NCBI GenBank assembly: GCA_964016885.1
Contig: OZ024741.1
Span: forward strand, 238,514,001 to 238,578,000
Origin: Eledone cirrhosa
Taxonomy: Eukaryota
Length of the DNA stretch: 64,000 nucleotides
Direction: 5' to 3'
Below the pieces are notes generated by a model. The model did not search any database. It was not told where the DNA came from and saw nothing but the letters and a program-made list of their open reading frames with translations. The stretch's first letter is position 1; each line of letters opens with the position of its first letter. The position numbers and the translations under genes are program-made. Below are positions 25,456 to 41,188 of this stretch, piece by piece.

Positions 25456-28195
25456 TATGCCTATCTTTATTTTAAAAAATAATTGATAAAAAAATCTTTA
25501 TTAATTAATTTTGGAAACAACTTGTTTAACCCGAGGTGAAGACTGATAGAACAAAACCTGTTGCCAAAATCATTCGTGCCATGATCATCATGACTTTTTT
25601 ACTGGGTACATTGCACCCATTATTACATCATGAATCTGTCGTTTTTTTCTTAAGAAAGAAGTGTGTGGTCTGAGACAGATTTAACTGCTATTTATAGATC
25701 GTCGAACGACTGAGTAGAGGCGTCTTAGTCCACACATGAACAGCAAGCGAAGATTACGCTGGGTAAAACAGAGTTGTCTCCCTTGCATTCATTGCACATA
25801 TATTACTATATCATTGCATTGTTTATGTGAGTAATAGCAATGCAAATTTTATAGAAAATAATGAATTGTCCTTTCAGTAATACACTATATTATAACTGTC
25901 TTCTAAGTATATAATGAAATTGTGGGCACTGGGGCATTTATATTGAGTTTTATCAGTTAATTATTCATATTTTGTTACTTGGTCACATGGCCACAATTTT
26001 GGTGGAATGGAAGATTATTATAATAACATCAGTTGCTGATTGGTAATTACTCAACGAGATACCAATAGGTTAAAAAGGTAAGTCAAACAGCAGCCTATTT
26101 TGGTTCAGAATGATACATTTTCTCTTCAATGAAAATATATCTCTGACATTATATAAAATAAACATGCCTATTAAACAGTCCTGATTATTTTTGTTTGGAG
26201 AGGCATATTGTAGGAATAAGAGCATGTCCTCTGTATATTATTATCAAGTTGCCTTTAATTGAAATTCAGTGTGCCAGAGTTCCATTCCTTTGTATTCACT
26301 GGAGCTAATAACCAAGAATAAACTGTGTTCCTTTTGAGATTCAGATTATATTAGAGTTTGTATGTATAATTGTGTTTGTAACATATGAGAGGAATGGTCT
26401 ATATTGTCAATTTGTAGTTTTGTGTTTAATGGCAGAAACACTTACAGCCCAAGAGAGAGGGGCGAAGTTTATGGTATATCTAAACAATTGTCTGAAAAAA
26501 TTGTTTAATTCCTTATTTTGGTTAAATATTATGTTTGTGCATTTTTGTGGTGAATTTAGTCCATTGTATAGTTTAGTTTTAATGTTTACTATGTGGGAAT
26601 TAATATGCGATTAGTAACATTGTGATAGTGGCAATGTCTTACTTTCATAACTTGCTGGAATTTGTATGAGTTAGAGAAATGTAATGGTTTTAGAGTTTTA
26701 GTTTCGTGCTTCACATTCCTCTGTGTTGGGTCGCACCTGGGAAAAATGTCTTCTATTAGAGCTTTATATTGTATAATTGTGTGTGAATGGAAGGCAGAAA
26801 TTTTGTGGAAGCTCATTGTGTATATGTATGTGCAAGAATCTGAGAAAGCTGCAAAAGACACTCATTTTACTGGTATTTACTTATAAAGATACGTTTGAGA
26901 TTCATTCATATATATATATTGGGTATGAATTGAAGTTGTAGCTGCAATATAGCAGGTACTAATTGAATTGTTTGAGGCAATCACAAAGCACCCAATGGAG
27001 TGAGAAGTTAATACATTATCATCTAGAGTAAATACAAAAGTCAATAAAATGTGACACAAGAAAAACGACCGAAGGCAGTAGCCATACTTATTTGAGATTC
27101 ATTCTTTCTATTCATTTATTTCAAATAGGAATTGCTCATAGCGTCAACTAATTCATAAGTTGAATAAATAAATACCTTGATTACATGTATTCAAATACAT
27201 CTTGGCTAGTATGTGTCTCATTACCATGTATATGTGTTAAATATACTTTTATATATGTGTGTGTATGTGTGTGTGTGTGTGTGCATGCATGCGTGTTATA
27301 TATATATGTTCACTCACTCATATTCATATACAAAATTAGCTTACAGTCTACTGTATTTCAAAATATCTAGTGCTTACAGAAAAAACTTTATGTGCACCAA
27401 TTGCAGTATAAAATAAATAAATGAAAATGTGGTGTTACATCTGTCAACAATACTTTACATCATAATTATAAAATAATTATTTATTAAGATTATTCTTTAT
27501 AGGATATAATTGCAATAAAATAATAAAATGAGAGAAGAAAAATAATGAACATCTATTGAAAATGTGTTTTCACTGAATTGACAGTTGGAAAATAAAGGAA
27601 TTGAAATCAGGTTGTAATAAGGACAAATGCTTAATATGTTTAATTTTATATTATAGCACATAGATTTATTTAGACAGTATGTTTTAGAAGGATATTTTAG
27701 CAATACATTTAAAGTGATATATTTGTTATATTTGTATTTATATCTTGATCTAAATATATATACAAATCCACTCAGGATAATTTTCATTATTAAAATATCA
27801 AATATAACTAATATTAAACAAAGTAATATTAAACATTGTTTTTATTGAGAGTATTGATGAAATAATGAAAGAACTGGATATTATCAAATATTTAACAGTA
27901 ACCAATAAAATTCCCTATTTCATACTTCCTAATTCTAATATTTTATATTGTATAAAGCATTATATATGAAAATACTAAATAAATATCTCTTATAAAATTA
28001 ATGTTTTGTGTAACGACAGCACTGAAAAATCCCTTTGTCGAGGTAACTATACTACTGTAGCAGTAAATGTTCATCATAATGGCTAGATATTTCCATATCT
28101 CTTCATGTCCTAGATTCAGTATATTTATCATGGCAGTTATTATCCATTCCTCATACTGCAATACTTAAATATATATCAATTGTGAAAAGACTTAC

Positions 28196-28401
28196 CCACA
28201 TTATTCAATGCTTTGTCTGTATATTATACAGAAGACATTCATCATGGCGTAGTGATCCAGTGTAACTGCTGCTGTAGTAGTGCCACAATAGCAGTATCTT
28301 GATGGTATAGATTTGTGAGTCATAGTGGAGAGGTAGCTTCATTTTAAAGGATTTATTTATTTGTGTATATTGCATTTATTAAATTAAATTTTTTGTCCTT
28401 T
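28196..28401 (-). other. Conserved putative non-coding exon (unit 3)
   Basis: Homologous to 2643-2848 with the same donor and acceptor. Confidence 0.5.
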
Positions 28402-29220
28402 CTAAGAAAAATATTATATAACTAATTTTTAATATACCTTGATCAGTACACATAATTTATTGAATTTTCTCTTAAAACTGATATTTCTAAATTCATGCCT
28501 GGAAACTTATTCTTAGATATATTCACATACACTAACATGCTGAGTGTTGTAACATATTAAGCTGTTATCCCTGTCATCAACTACTATTTCATACTAACTG
28601 TTACTATGAATATTGAATTACAAAATGATTGTTTATTTAAAATAATGTAAAATTGTAGAATCTTTATAATTTTATTAATCTTGTTATTTAATCATGGATT
28701 TTAAAGAAAGCTTAAAATAAAAAAAGTGATATTTTAATACTTAAAATATATAGAATAGCAGTATAATTTATAATGAATTACTTTAGAATAAAACCTTGAC
28801 TGAATAATTGATAGTGAATTTTTTTTTCTAAGCTCAGATTCTATCTACCTAAGACTTGTAAGTAAACTCGAAGGTGTTAATTATCTAACCTACATCTTCC
28901 ACCCCAATATTGTTTAAAAATACAATAACCTATACCCCCCTCTCCAATATTATTTTTAAATGACACCAAGTAGGGTTAGCATGATATTCGAGTATGTTTA
29001 GGAATTCAATTGTTTCTTTTATATCTAAAGCATAGATCTAATACAAATAATTAGAAATAAATATATCTAATATATAAATTTTTATTTATTAGATAATTTG
29101 TTATTCAATATATTCTTTATAACATAATCTGTTTTATTTATGTTGAATATTGATGATAAATTTCAATGTAAAATAATATTTTAAAGATAAAAATTGAAAC
29201 TTTTGTTAATTTTCAGCTTA

Positions 29221-29303
29221 CTATTTTTTATATACAGGTTCTAAATATGTATCTTGTTCACCCTTTGGTGTTGGAGGTATGTTTGGTTTATAGTTACTGT
29301 ATT
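29221..29303 (-). CDS. Pcdh: Protocadherin copy 3, terminal coding exon 3
   Basis: 83 nt; an in-frame 6-nt deletion relative to the other copies keeps the same TAG. Confidence 0.8.
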
Positions 29304-30142
29304 CTGAAATATAAAGAATTATGTTTTGAATAGCGTTTTAAACAGGATATTTGTAATGTTATTTCAGGAAAAAATATCAAAATGTAGTTTGTAAATTAAA
29401 CATATACTGATAATTTGTATTGAAATTGATGTTACATTTAATTGCTTATATCACACCAAATCCCTATAGTGGTTTTATTTTGATAACTTTTTGTTTGAAA
29501 TAATACAATAAAGACATAAATATTAAAATTGTATCATTGGTTTTATAATAGTGTTGTGTTGAACTTCGGTTTGTTCTCATGACAAAAGTTCCAGTTGTTT
29601 GATCAATCACAAATAGCTGAACATTCCATAGATATGTATATTCTTAACATAGCCCTCAGAAGGACACAATATTTAACAAGGCAGGCTGGTATTTTGAATC
29701 ATGGTTACAACTCTATACAATTTATATTTTACAGCTCATGGGACTGGAGCAATGTGAAATAAAGTGTCTTGTTCAAGGACATGACATGACATGCCATCAT
29801 AAATTCAGCCAAATTCAGTTCTTGACATTATGTGAACAACCTAACCACTAAGACACATACTTTTATATAATAAATTATCTTAACTATTCTGTTTGTTAAA
29901 GATATAATAGATTTATTAGGGTTGCAGCATAAATGTTCTCTTTGTTACAGTTGTCAGAAATAATCTTGGAATAATACCAACGTTATTTTCTCACACATGA
30001 CAATCCCTAACACAAACACATCTGTTCTTTAAATGATTTAAGAAATAATGGAAAGATTTCATGTAAACATGAAACAAAAATTATAAGCTTGTAAGAAATT
30101 GATATCCCTTTTTTTTTCTTTTATTTATATCTGTTAACTTAC

Positions 30143-30293
30143 CTGATATTGTTGATGTTTGATGTGAAATATCTCCATCACTCCATCCACGATTACGATC
30201 TCTTTGAGATGGTAATGTACCATTTAGATTGTTTGAAGTCACAATACTGTTATCACCTTCTTCACAAGATCCATCTAGCTGCTTATTATATAT
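30143..30293 (-). CDS. Pcdh: Protocadherin copy 3, cytoplasmic exon 2
   Basis: 151 nt between gacag| and |GTAAGT, open frame. Confidence 0.85.
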
Positions 30294-31032
30294 CTGTCAT
30301 TGAAATAAAAGATGGAGATGCATAACTGAGATGTTTATGCGTAAATTTTAATATCAGCTTTTGAAAATAGAGACACTGACTCAAAAGATCCCATATATTT
30401 TGTATAGCAATAAGTACAATGAAATAGTGACATTTGATGCAACCTGTACATATTAGAAGACCGCTATTAATATTTTCTAGATCTAACTAGACATGTCAAC
30501 ATATTTCTATTCCAAATTACATTTGTTGACATCTAAATACATATGTGAAGAGTTAACAGTTTTTCTTCCTGTTATAATTCTTTAACTGAGGTGACTAAGC
30601 AACAATATGAGAATATATGATAATTGTACACAATTAAAAAAGTGTTACTTTGCTTTTCAAACCCTTTGCAAATGAATTCAGTCTTGATGTTTGTGATTCA
30701 TTCAGAAAAAAAAACATATAAAAAATGGCAGATTGTTCTGTTACTTAGAATAAAGTTTAAAAAGAAAAGCTGACATGGACAAAAGCTTCTCTCTGACTTA
30801 GACCTGAAATTACACTTTTTCCTTTGTTTAGGAGTATAACTTTCACCTCATAATCAATAGAATATTATCAAACCCTTCAATGTAAAATTGAGGTTTTTTA
30901 GATTTATCATCCTTGGAAACATCTTAGTATTTAAGTGTGCAACAACAGTTTGTAATGAATGAACACAAAAGAATGAAAATATAGATAATATATGAAATAT
31001 ATCTTAGAAGAAATTGTTGTAATCATAAATAC

Positions 31033-33432
31033 CTGTGGAACAGGTGGAAGTCTTCTAGGTGTTGTTGAGAATTTCCATTCATTGGTTAACTGTTCCATCT
31101 CTGGATAATAAGGACTTTTAGGGTTTATTGACTGAAGATTTCTAGCAAATATATCGTCTGCATTTCTGGTTATTGCAACAGGATTGTTGGTATGATACAG
31201 TATTTGTCTCAACTCAGTCGGAGATAAGAATTTTGGATTATCTGCTGTTGTAGGTGAGTTATTGGTGTGATTAATACATCTGAAAACACACAGTGTTATT
31301 GACACTACAATAGCCACAGATATTATTACAGCTGCTGCTACAATGATAATTATCCAAGTCATATTGAGGTTGTTACCAGTCTGTAAGTGGACAGCAGTCA
31401 ACATTGGAGATGTATCATTACTAACAAACAATGTTAGTATGATAGCAGTTGTTGCTGATTGAACTGGAGTACCACCATCTTTCACTATAAACTGTAGGTC
31501 ATATGTTCCTGCATCATTTTGGTAAACTGCCCGAGAGAAAGATAAGACACCAGTGTGGGAGTTGACTGTAAACAGGTTTTTATCATTAGATCTCAGTATT
31601 CCAAATGTGAGGAAAGCATTGTTTCCAGTGTCTTTGTCAGAGGCTTTCAGAATTGTGATGTCTTTCTTACTGTGTGGATCATAGTGTACATCTAGATTGT
31701 AAGGGTCATTAATAGGAAAGGTTAAATAGGGAGCATTATCATTTTTATCTAGAATTTCAATAACAATATTGGCAGTGTTATTCAGAGAAGGTGTTCCATT
31801 ATCTTTGACTAAAACCTGGAAGTTATAGATGTCTTTCATTTCCCGATCGATTGATTGTGATGTAGAAATAAATCCATATTTTGTAAGTTGGAAAGGAATG
31901 TTATCATAGTTGTTATCATTGATGATAGAATATGTAAGTTGACCTCCATCTTCAAGATCAGGGTCAGTAGCATTGATGAAGCCAATAGGGAAGTCAACTT
32001 TCTGGTTTTCATAGGTGAGGAATTGGAATGTATCTTTGGTAAAATGTGGCTGTACATCATTGACATCAGTTACTTTGACAGAGAATTGTTTCTTAGTCTT
32101 TAACTGAGGTGATCCCATGTCATGACATACAATAGATACAACATAGTGGTCTATAGTTTCTCTATCAAGAGGTTCTTTCACCAATATTTTATATTCTTTA
32201 GAACCCATATTAGAAAGTTGAAACATTTTATGGTGAATATTACATTTAATTTGTCCATTAGGTCCACTATCAGTGTCAATGACCATAACATAAGCTATAA
32301 AACTTCCAACTTTACTTGCTTCTGAAATAGCTGTAGAGGTCTTTGTTAAAGGTGACACAAAATCTATGTTTATAGTAGGAGCATTATTTTGGTTGTTAAT
32401 TACATTAATGATTAACATTGTCATAGAGCTTAATGGGGGTTTCCCCCCATCCCTGGCTTCAATATATAATTGGTATTTACTTTCTTTATTTTTAAAAAAG
32501 TTATCATTGATAAAAATTTTTCCAATTTTCTGATTTAATTTAAATTGTTTTCTTGCATATTTATTTGTATTTCTGTGTAAATAATAAGTAATATTTCCAT
32601 TTTGACCAGAATCTTTGTCTGTAGCTGATAGAACAAACACAGGAGAAGATATGTGATGTGTATCACTGATGGTGATATTGTATGTTTGTTGAGAAAACAT
32701 TGGTTGATTATCATTGACATCTATAACAGATATTTCTATGTTTAGAATTCCTTCTTTTTGTGGAGAACCTCCATCTTTAGCAATCAATTGTAACATGTAG
32801 GTGTCTTTTACTTCCCTGTCTAATTTTTCTTCAAGTGTAATTTCCAATATTTTTCTTCCATCAAATCCTTTAAACATCGATAGTGAGAATTTCTTACTTT
32901 TATGTTTGAGTCTATATGTAATGTTAGAATTGAGAACTCCAATGTCTTTATCAACAGCATTTGGTATTGATCTTGTTGATCCTTTAGCATCTGTTTCACC
33001 AAATTCTATTTTAGTTAGATCTTCAAGAAATTCTGGGGAATGGTCATTGATGTCTTCAATAAATATTTTTACCTTCAATATTTTTATAAATGTCTCTTCT
33101 TTCCTCACAGCTACTTTAACAATTCTGGAACATTCCTTGTTATATGTACACAGAGACTCAGTATCCAGTGTCTGTGTAGTGTATAGTTTTCCTGTGTTGG
33201 TGACATTGAATAAGTGAGAACCACTTGACACTGTTCTTTGTAGTTGTGTAAATGTAATGAGAGTGTGTTGTTGATGTGTAAGTGAGTGTGTTAAGTTAGA
33301 ATCAACAGCAATGTCTCCTATATAGGTGTGAGGACTGTCTTCTTCATTGACATGGTAAGTAATGTCTATGGACACAACAGAATACATCAGTCCACAGAGA
33401 AGGTAAAACTTTAGGCTATTGTTGTCGTTCAT
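31033..33432 (-). CDS. Pcdh: Protocadherin copy 3, large coding exon
   Basis: 833-aa ORF with six cadherin repeats and a TM segment. 800 codons run to a CAG|GTATTT donor. Confidence 0.95.
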
Positions 33433-33624
33433 CTTTGTAAGTCATCATTACTCATGGATTCTGCTTTCTACAAATAAAGAAAATGCTGAAGTTTATCATA
33501 CAATCACATGTTAAGAGTTTAATAATGAGCAAGTGATGTTACCTGATATATGAAACTTATATATATATATGCTATTGTTTGAAGATTTTGAAAACTATTG
33601 TAAAATATTTAATTTATTAAAGAA

Positions 33625-35205
33625 AAAATTGAAAAAAGGATCCATTATATTAGTTTTGTTGTAAATCATCTCAAAGATCCAGAAATGTTTGAGGTGAACA
33701 TGTGACAGGTTTGCAATACTGAATCTTCTAGTAGAAGATATAAACTGCTTGATCAACAATATCAAGGTAGTATTGAATGAAACAGCACAGGAAGTGCCAG
33801 AGGGAAGAAGGAAAAAGAAACTATGGCTCACTGACGTCATCTTGATCTTTTGGGAATTAAGATGGGACCTGAGGAAGACCAAATTAATATGTCTGGATGC
33901 AAGGTAGCCATACAGCATCATGAATAGGAATGTCAGGAAGAAAATGAGAGAGGCCAAAAAGAAATGGATAACAGAGCAGTGCAAAAACATCAAAGCTAGG
34001 ATAAATATAGGGCAGCAGTGAGGTTGTATTTCAAACTCTCAAAATCTAATGAAAATTAAGCAACAGTTCCCCACTGGCTTACTCATCACACTTCTTACAA
34101 AGGATACTCTCTTTGAAATATGGTCTGAGTATTACAAAGACCTTTATAACCAAAAATTCAGATATGATACCAACATCCTGGATAATTCTACCAACAAGTA
34201 TAGGGAACTTGGGATACTTCAATTATACACGATGAAGTAACCCCAGTAAAGTACTTTTATACAGACTTTGGGGGAAGGCAGAATAAAGTTTTACAAAACA
34301 GGTAGGATTCATGTCTAATAAGAGTACAGTGAAGCAGATATTTAGCATCATACAGCTTACCAAGAAACATCTATAGCGCCAATCTGACCTCTATCATAAC
34401 TTCATTGACTTCAAGAAAACCTTTGACCACCTTTGCCACAAGGATTTATGACAGGTGATGAAGAATTATAACTTCAAAAGCAACATGATCTAAATAATCC
34501 AAGCATTGTACAAAACTTAAACAATGCAGTTCTTCTGGATAACATCAAAGAATTCTTTAGAACAACAGTTGGAATTCAAAAAGGATGTATCCTCTATCCA
34601 GTTCTTTTCAACATCTTCCTAGTGACACTCCAAGATTTCCACATCTCTATTTCCATTGGCGAATGGCCCATTTTCAACCTATGTTTTGCTTGAGAAAATG
34701 ACAAAACTTGGCCTGGCTTCTTCTGCCATGATGAAGCTGAACATCATATGGGAAAGCAACTCCATTAGTTTTTCAATGTGGCTTAAATTATACAAGTTCT
34801 GGGTCACTTTGATCCAATTGTATAGGTATCAGTGCTGAAATCTTGCAGCTGATATGGAATGAGGAATCCAGGTATTCGAGCACATGGAACACATCCCATA
34901 CAGAACATGGAACAAACAACATTGCCATCAAATTTGCTCTCTTATTGAGTGGAATCACTCCTTGCGCTGATGAAAATATGGAAGATCACCTGGTACAGTC
35001 ATATATTCCACCATGTCCCCCTCTCTCAGTTGAAGTAAAAAAAGGGAAATAAAAGAAAACCCTGGTCCAAAAATATCAAGGACATTACGACCTATCTACA
35101 CATGACAGAAAATAGGGACCAGTGGTGACAGCTGCCTGCAAAAACGTCTAGAGTGGCACCCCAACCACTGGCTGCTCTTGTTGCAAGAACTTGATGATAA
35201 TGAAT
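33625..35205 (+). mobile_element. RTE-clade LINE relic upstream of copy 3
   Basis: Paralog of 8090-9863 with the same 3' junction. Confidence 0.75.
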
Positions 35206-38200
35206 GGTAATCAGAGACTAGGGCTATACCCTTCTCACACATGGAAATTGCTCCAACATAATCTTTCAACTGAGAATTAAAAAAGTGTTTCAAATGATAT
35301 CATTGCTTATGTGTTTTTGTTCATCGGAATCAAATCACACACAGCCTGTTTCTTTAACACTTTTGTCACTGCAACAATGCAACATTTTTAATCTATTTTA
35401 TTTCCTTCTTTACACATTTCATGTTCTCTTGTAACCATTTATTAGTCTTTAAGGGGACACTGATGGAACAAAACCTATTGACGAAATCATTCCTACCATG
35501 ATCCTAACTTTTTTTACTAGGTACAATGCTCCCAATATTACATCACGAATCAGTACTTCTTTTCTAAGAAAGAAGTGTGTGGTCTGAGATAGATGGACTG
35601 CTATTTATAGAACGTCAAACGACTGTGTAGAGGTGTCTTAGTCGATACATGAACAGCAAGCAAAGATTACGCCGGGTAAAACAGAGTTGTCTCCCTTTCA
35701 TTCATTGCATATATCGCTACATAATTGCATTGTTTGTGGGTAAAATCAATACCAATTTTATAGAAAATATTGATTTGTTCTTTCTCTAATAAACTATATT
35801 GTAACTTTCTTCTAAGTATATAATGAAATTGTGGGGACTGGGGCATATATATTGAGTTTTATCAGTTATTTGGGCACATGGCCGAAATTTTGGTGGAAAG
35901 GAAGATTTTTTTATAACATCAGTCCCTGACTGGTATTTATTCAACGATATAGCAGTAGGTTGAAAAGGTAAGTTAAACAGCAGCCTATTTTGGTTCAGAA
36001 TAATGCATTGTCTCTTCAATGCATTGTCTATGAGATTATATAAAATAAACATACCTTTTAAACAATCCTGATTATTTTTGTTTGGAGAGACATAAAGGCC
36101 TTATTTAGGCATGAGAGGTATATTGTAGGAATAAAGAGCATGTCCTCTGTATATTATTATCAAGTTGCCTTTAATTGAATATCATTGTGTCTTCTGTAGA
36201 GGTAGACAAAATAATTCAGTGTGCCTGAGTCCTTTTCCTTTTTATTCACTGGAGATAATAGCCATGAATAAACCTTGTACCTAATGTGGCTTTTGAGATT
36301 CAGGTTATATTGGAGTTTGTATGTATATTTTGATAGTAACGGATGAGAGGAATGGTCTTTATTGTTAGTTTGTAGTTTGGTGTTTAATAAAGGAAAGATT
36401 TAGGGCCCAGGAGAATGAGACAAATTCTATGATGTATTTGAAAAACTTTCTGAAAAGATAGTATTTGCTTCCTTATTTTGGTAAATATTATGCTTGAGCT
36501 TTCTTGTGGAGGATTTAGTCTCCTGGGTAGTTCGTTTTAATGTTACACATTATATGTTACACATTGGAATAGTGGCCCATTCCAAATTTCATAACTTGGT
36601 GGAATATTTATAAATAAGAGTAATTTCAATTTTTTGGAATTAAAAGTATATGCTACATATTATGTTAGTACACCTTCTAACTTTCATAAATTGGTGCAAT
36701 ATGTATAAGAGAAATGAAAAGGCTTAAGAGATTTAATTTTGTGCTTCAAGTTCACATTCCTCTATGTTGGGTCACACTACACAGCACCTGAGAAAAGTGT
36801 CTTCTACCAGAGCTCTGTATAGTCTATGTGTATGTGAGTGGAAATTGGTAGGCAGAAACTGTGTGAAAGCCCATTGTGTATATGTATGTAGGGGAAAATA
36901 AGGAAGCTGGTAAAACACTAATTTTACTGGCATTTACTTACAAAGATATATTTGAGATGCATTCTTTCCAGTCATTTATTTCAAATAGGAATTGTTAATA
37001 GCTTCAACTAATTTATTAGGTGAATAAATAACTGTCTTGGTTAATATGTCTAATTACCATATATATAGGTGTGTGTTTGTGTATGTATAAATATATATAT
37101 ACACACACATACATATAGAAGATTAGCTTACAGTCTACTGTGTTTCAAAATGTCTAGGGCTTATTGAAAAACCTTACATCATTTTTGAAACAGAATTAAG
37201 TCACTCTGTAAACAAATCTTTATTAAACATTCATATGTAATCCTACTGCCTGAAGACATGAGTATTTTATTAGTATTTGTTTTTAAGAACAAATATAAAA
37301 CAAATATATATATGTGATGTCCCCTGTGATATTTGTAACATGGAGTTACACCCCCGCCCATGTCACTCTCACCATTAGTAGTAGTGCAGTATACCACTAA
37401 CTGGTCTGTTTAAAACCTATAAACAACAAGTATATTGTTCACCAATTGAAATATAAAATAAATAAATGAAAATGTGTGGTATCTGTCAAGAATATTTTAT
37501 TCCTAAATTCGCTTCATAATTATGAAATAATTATTTATTAAGAGTATTCTTTATAAGATATAATTGCAATAAAATAATAAAATAAGAGAAGATAAATAAT
37601 GAATATCTATTGAAGATGCATGTTTTCACTGAATTGACGTTTGGAAAATCAAGAAATTGGAATCGGATTTTATTAAGGACAACAAAGAAATGCCTATTAC
37701 GTTTAATTTTCTATTACGGCTCATAATAGAAATTATGTTTTTGAAGGATATTTTAGGAATATATTTAAAGTGATATATTTATTATATATGTCTGTATCTA
37801 TATCTTCATCTAAATATATATATATAAACCTTTCGTGATAACATAAAAACATAATTAATATTAAACAAAGTAACTTGGAAGTGAAAACATTAATATTTAC
37901 CTTGGGAATATTGGTGAATTAATGAAATAACTACAACATAGAATGAAAACCAAGTTATCTATTGTTGATAGAGAAAACTATTGTTGAAATGAAAATATTT
38001 GTATTTTCGTTAATCTTGAATTATTTACATTCCAAATGTTTGTTGATATTAATGTATTTAATTCACCATATTTCTAGATGTTATCAAATATTTACCAGTA
38101 ACTAATAACATTCACTATTCTATACCTCCTAATTCCAATACTTTTTATTATATAAAGCATTTTATATGAAAATACTAAATAGACATCTCTTATAAGATTA

Positions 38201-38427
38201 ATGTTTTATGTAATGACAGCTCTGAAAACTATCTTTGTTGAAGTAACTATACTGCTGCAGCAGTAAATGTTCTTCATAATGGGGGAATTAATGGCTGGAT
38301 ATTTCTATATCTTTTCATGTCCTAGATTATGTATATTTATCATGGAATATACTTTAGTTATTAACCAATCCTCATGCTGCAATACTTAAATATATATCAA
38401 CTAAATATCAATTGTGAAAAGACTTAC

Positions 38428-38633
38428 CCACATTATTCAATCCTTTGTCTGTATCTGATACAGAAGGCATTCATCATGGCGTAGTGATCCAGTGTAACTG
38501 CTGCTGTAGTAGTGCCACAATAACAGTATCTTGATGGTATAGATTTGTGAGTCATAGTAGGGAGGTAGCTTCATTTTAAAGGATTTATTTGTTTGTGTAT
38601 ATTGCATTTATTAAATTTAATTTTTTGTCCTTT
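38428..38633 (-). other. Conserved putative non-coding exon (unit 4)
   Basis: Homologous to 2643-2848 with the same donor and acceptor. Confidence 0.5.
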
Positions 38634-39392
38634 CTAAGAAAATGTTATATAACTAATTTTTAATATACCTTGATCAGTACACATTATTTATTGAATTTTC
38701 TCTTAAAACTGACATTTCCTAATTCACATCTGCAAACTTATTCTTAGATATATTCACATACATACACTAACATGCTGAGTGTTGTAACATATTAAGCTAT
38801 TATATTTGCGATCAACTACTATTTCACACTAACTATTACTATGAATATTGAACTATAAAATGATTGTTTATTTAAAATAATGTAAAATTGTAGAATCTTT
38901 ATAATTTTATCAATGTTGTTATTTAATCATAAAAATGATATTTTAATACTTAAAATATAGAATGGCAGTGTAATTTATAATGAATTATTTTAAAATAAAA
39001 CGTTGACTGAATAATTGATAGTGAATGTTTTCTTTCTAAGCTCAGATTCTATCAGGGTTGAACCTAAGATCGATAAGTAACTTTAATGTAAATTCAATAA
39101 CCTTACACCCCAATATTGTTTAAAAATGACACCAAGTAAGATCAAAGCGATATTTGTGAACATTTAGTAATTCAATTGTTTCTTTCATATCTAAGGCATA
39201 GATTGAATACAAATAATTAGAAATAAATATATCTAATTTATAAATTTTGAGTAATTAGTTAATAAGACATGCTATTTATTGTATTCTTAATAATATAATT
39301 TCTATTTTAATGATGTTGAACATTGATGCTAAATTTCAATGTAAAATATTATTTTTAGATAAAAATTGAAATTTTTGTTAATTTTCAGTTTA

Positions 39393-39481
39393 CTATTTTT
39401 TATATACAGGTTCTAAATATGTATCTTGTTCATGTTCACCCTTTGGTGTTGGAGGTATGTTTGGTTTATAGTTACTGTATT
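39393..39481 (-). CDS. Pcdh: Protocadherin copy 4, terminal coding exon 3
   Basis: 89 nt, same frame and TAG as the other copies. Confidence 0.8.
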
Positions 39482-40280
39482 CTGAAATATAGAGAAGTTT
39501 ATTTTAAATAGCATTTAAACAGGATATTTGTTGTCATGGTGTTTCACGAAAAAATATCAAAATGTAGTTTGCAAATTAAACATATACTGATAGTTTGTAT
39601 TCAAATTTATGTTACATTTAATTGCTTATACCACACCAAATCCCCATAGAGGTTGTACTTTGATAATTTTCTGATTGAAATAATATAATAAAAATGTAAA
39701 TATTAAAATTGTATCATGGTTTTATAATAGTGTTGTGTTGAACTTCTAGTTGTTTGATCAATGGCAAATAGCTGAACATTCCACAGATATATATATTCTT
39801 AACATAGCCCTCGGGGAGATTCAGAATGACACAATATGTAACAAGGCTGGTATTTTGAATCACAGGTACATCTCGGATTAGTTTTTACAGCTGATGGGAC
39901 TGGAGCAATGTGAAATAAAGTGTCTTGCTCAAGGACATGACATACCATCATAAATTCAGCCAAATTCAGCTTTTGACATTATGTGAACAAGCTGAACAAC
40001 CTAACCAGAAAGATATAATACAATCATATCAATGAATTTATTAGAGTCACAGCAAAAATGTTCTCTTTGTCACTGCTGACAGAAATAATTTTGGAGTTAT
40101 ACCAACACCATTTTCAAAGTATATTCTAGTCACACACACAACAATCCCTAACAGGCACACACATGTTCTTTAAATGATTTAAGAAATACAGGAAGGATTT
40201 CATGTAAACATGAAAAAAACATAATAGACTTGTAAGAAATTGATATCTCTTTTTTCTTTTATTTATATCTGTTAACTTAC

Positions 40281-40431
40281 CCGATATTGTTGTTGTTTGA
40301 TGTGAAATATCTCCTTCGCTCCATCCACGATTGCGATCTCTTTGAGATGGTAATGTACCATTTAGATTGTTTGAAGTCACAATACTGTTATCACCTTCTT
40401 CACAAGATCCATCTAGCTGCTTATTATAGAT
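40281..40431 (-). CDS. Pcdh: Protocadherin copy 4, cytoplasmic exon 2
   Basis: 151 nt between gacag| and |GTAAGT, open frame. Confidence 0.85.
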
Positions 40432-41188
40432 CTGTCATTGAAATAATAAGATTTAGAGGCATAATTGAGATGTTTGTGTGTGTATTTTAATATCAGCAAT
40501 TAAAAATAGATGCAATGTCTCAAAAATCCCCATGTATTTGTATAGCAATAAGTACAATGAAATAGTGACATTTGATGCAACCTGTACATATTAGAAGACC
40601 AATATTAATATTTTTTAAATCTAACAAGACATATCAACATATTTCTATTCCAAATTACATTTGTTGTCATCTAAATACATATGTGAAGAGTTAACAGCTT
40701 TTCTTCTTGTTATAATTCTTTAACTGAGTTGACTAAGCAACAACATGAAAATAGTTATCCTGATATTATACGATAATTGTACTCAATTCAAAAAGTGTTA
40801 CTTTGTTTTCCAAACCCTTTGCAAATGAAATCAGTCTTGAAGTTTGTAATTCATTCAGAAAAAAAACAAAGCAAAAAAATAAAGACAAAACAAAGTATAT
40901 TATAATATCAAAAATGGCAGATTGTTCTGTTACTTAGAATAAAGTTTAAAAAGAAAAACTGACATGGACAAAAGCTTCTCTCTGACTTATACCTGAAATT
41001 ACACATTTTTCTTTGTTTAGGAGTATAACTTTCACCTCATAATCAATAAAATATTATCAAACCCTTCAATGTAAAATTGGGGTTTTTTAGATTTATCATC
41101 CTTGGAAACGACAAAGAAACGTCTTAGTATTTAAGTGTGCAACAACAGTTTGTTATGAATGAACACAAAAGAATGAAAATATAGATAA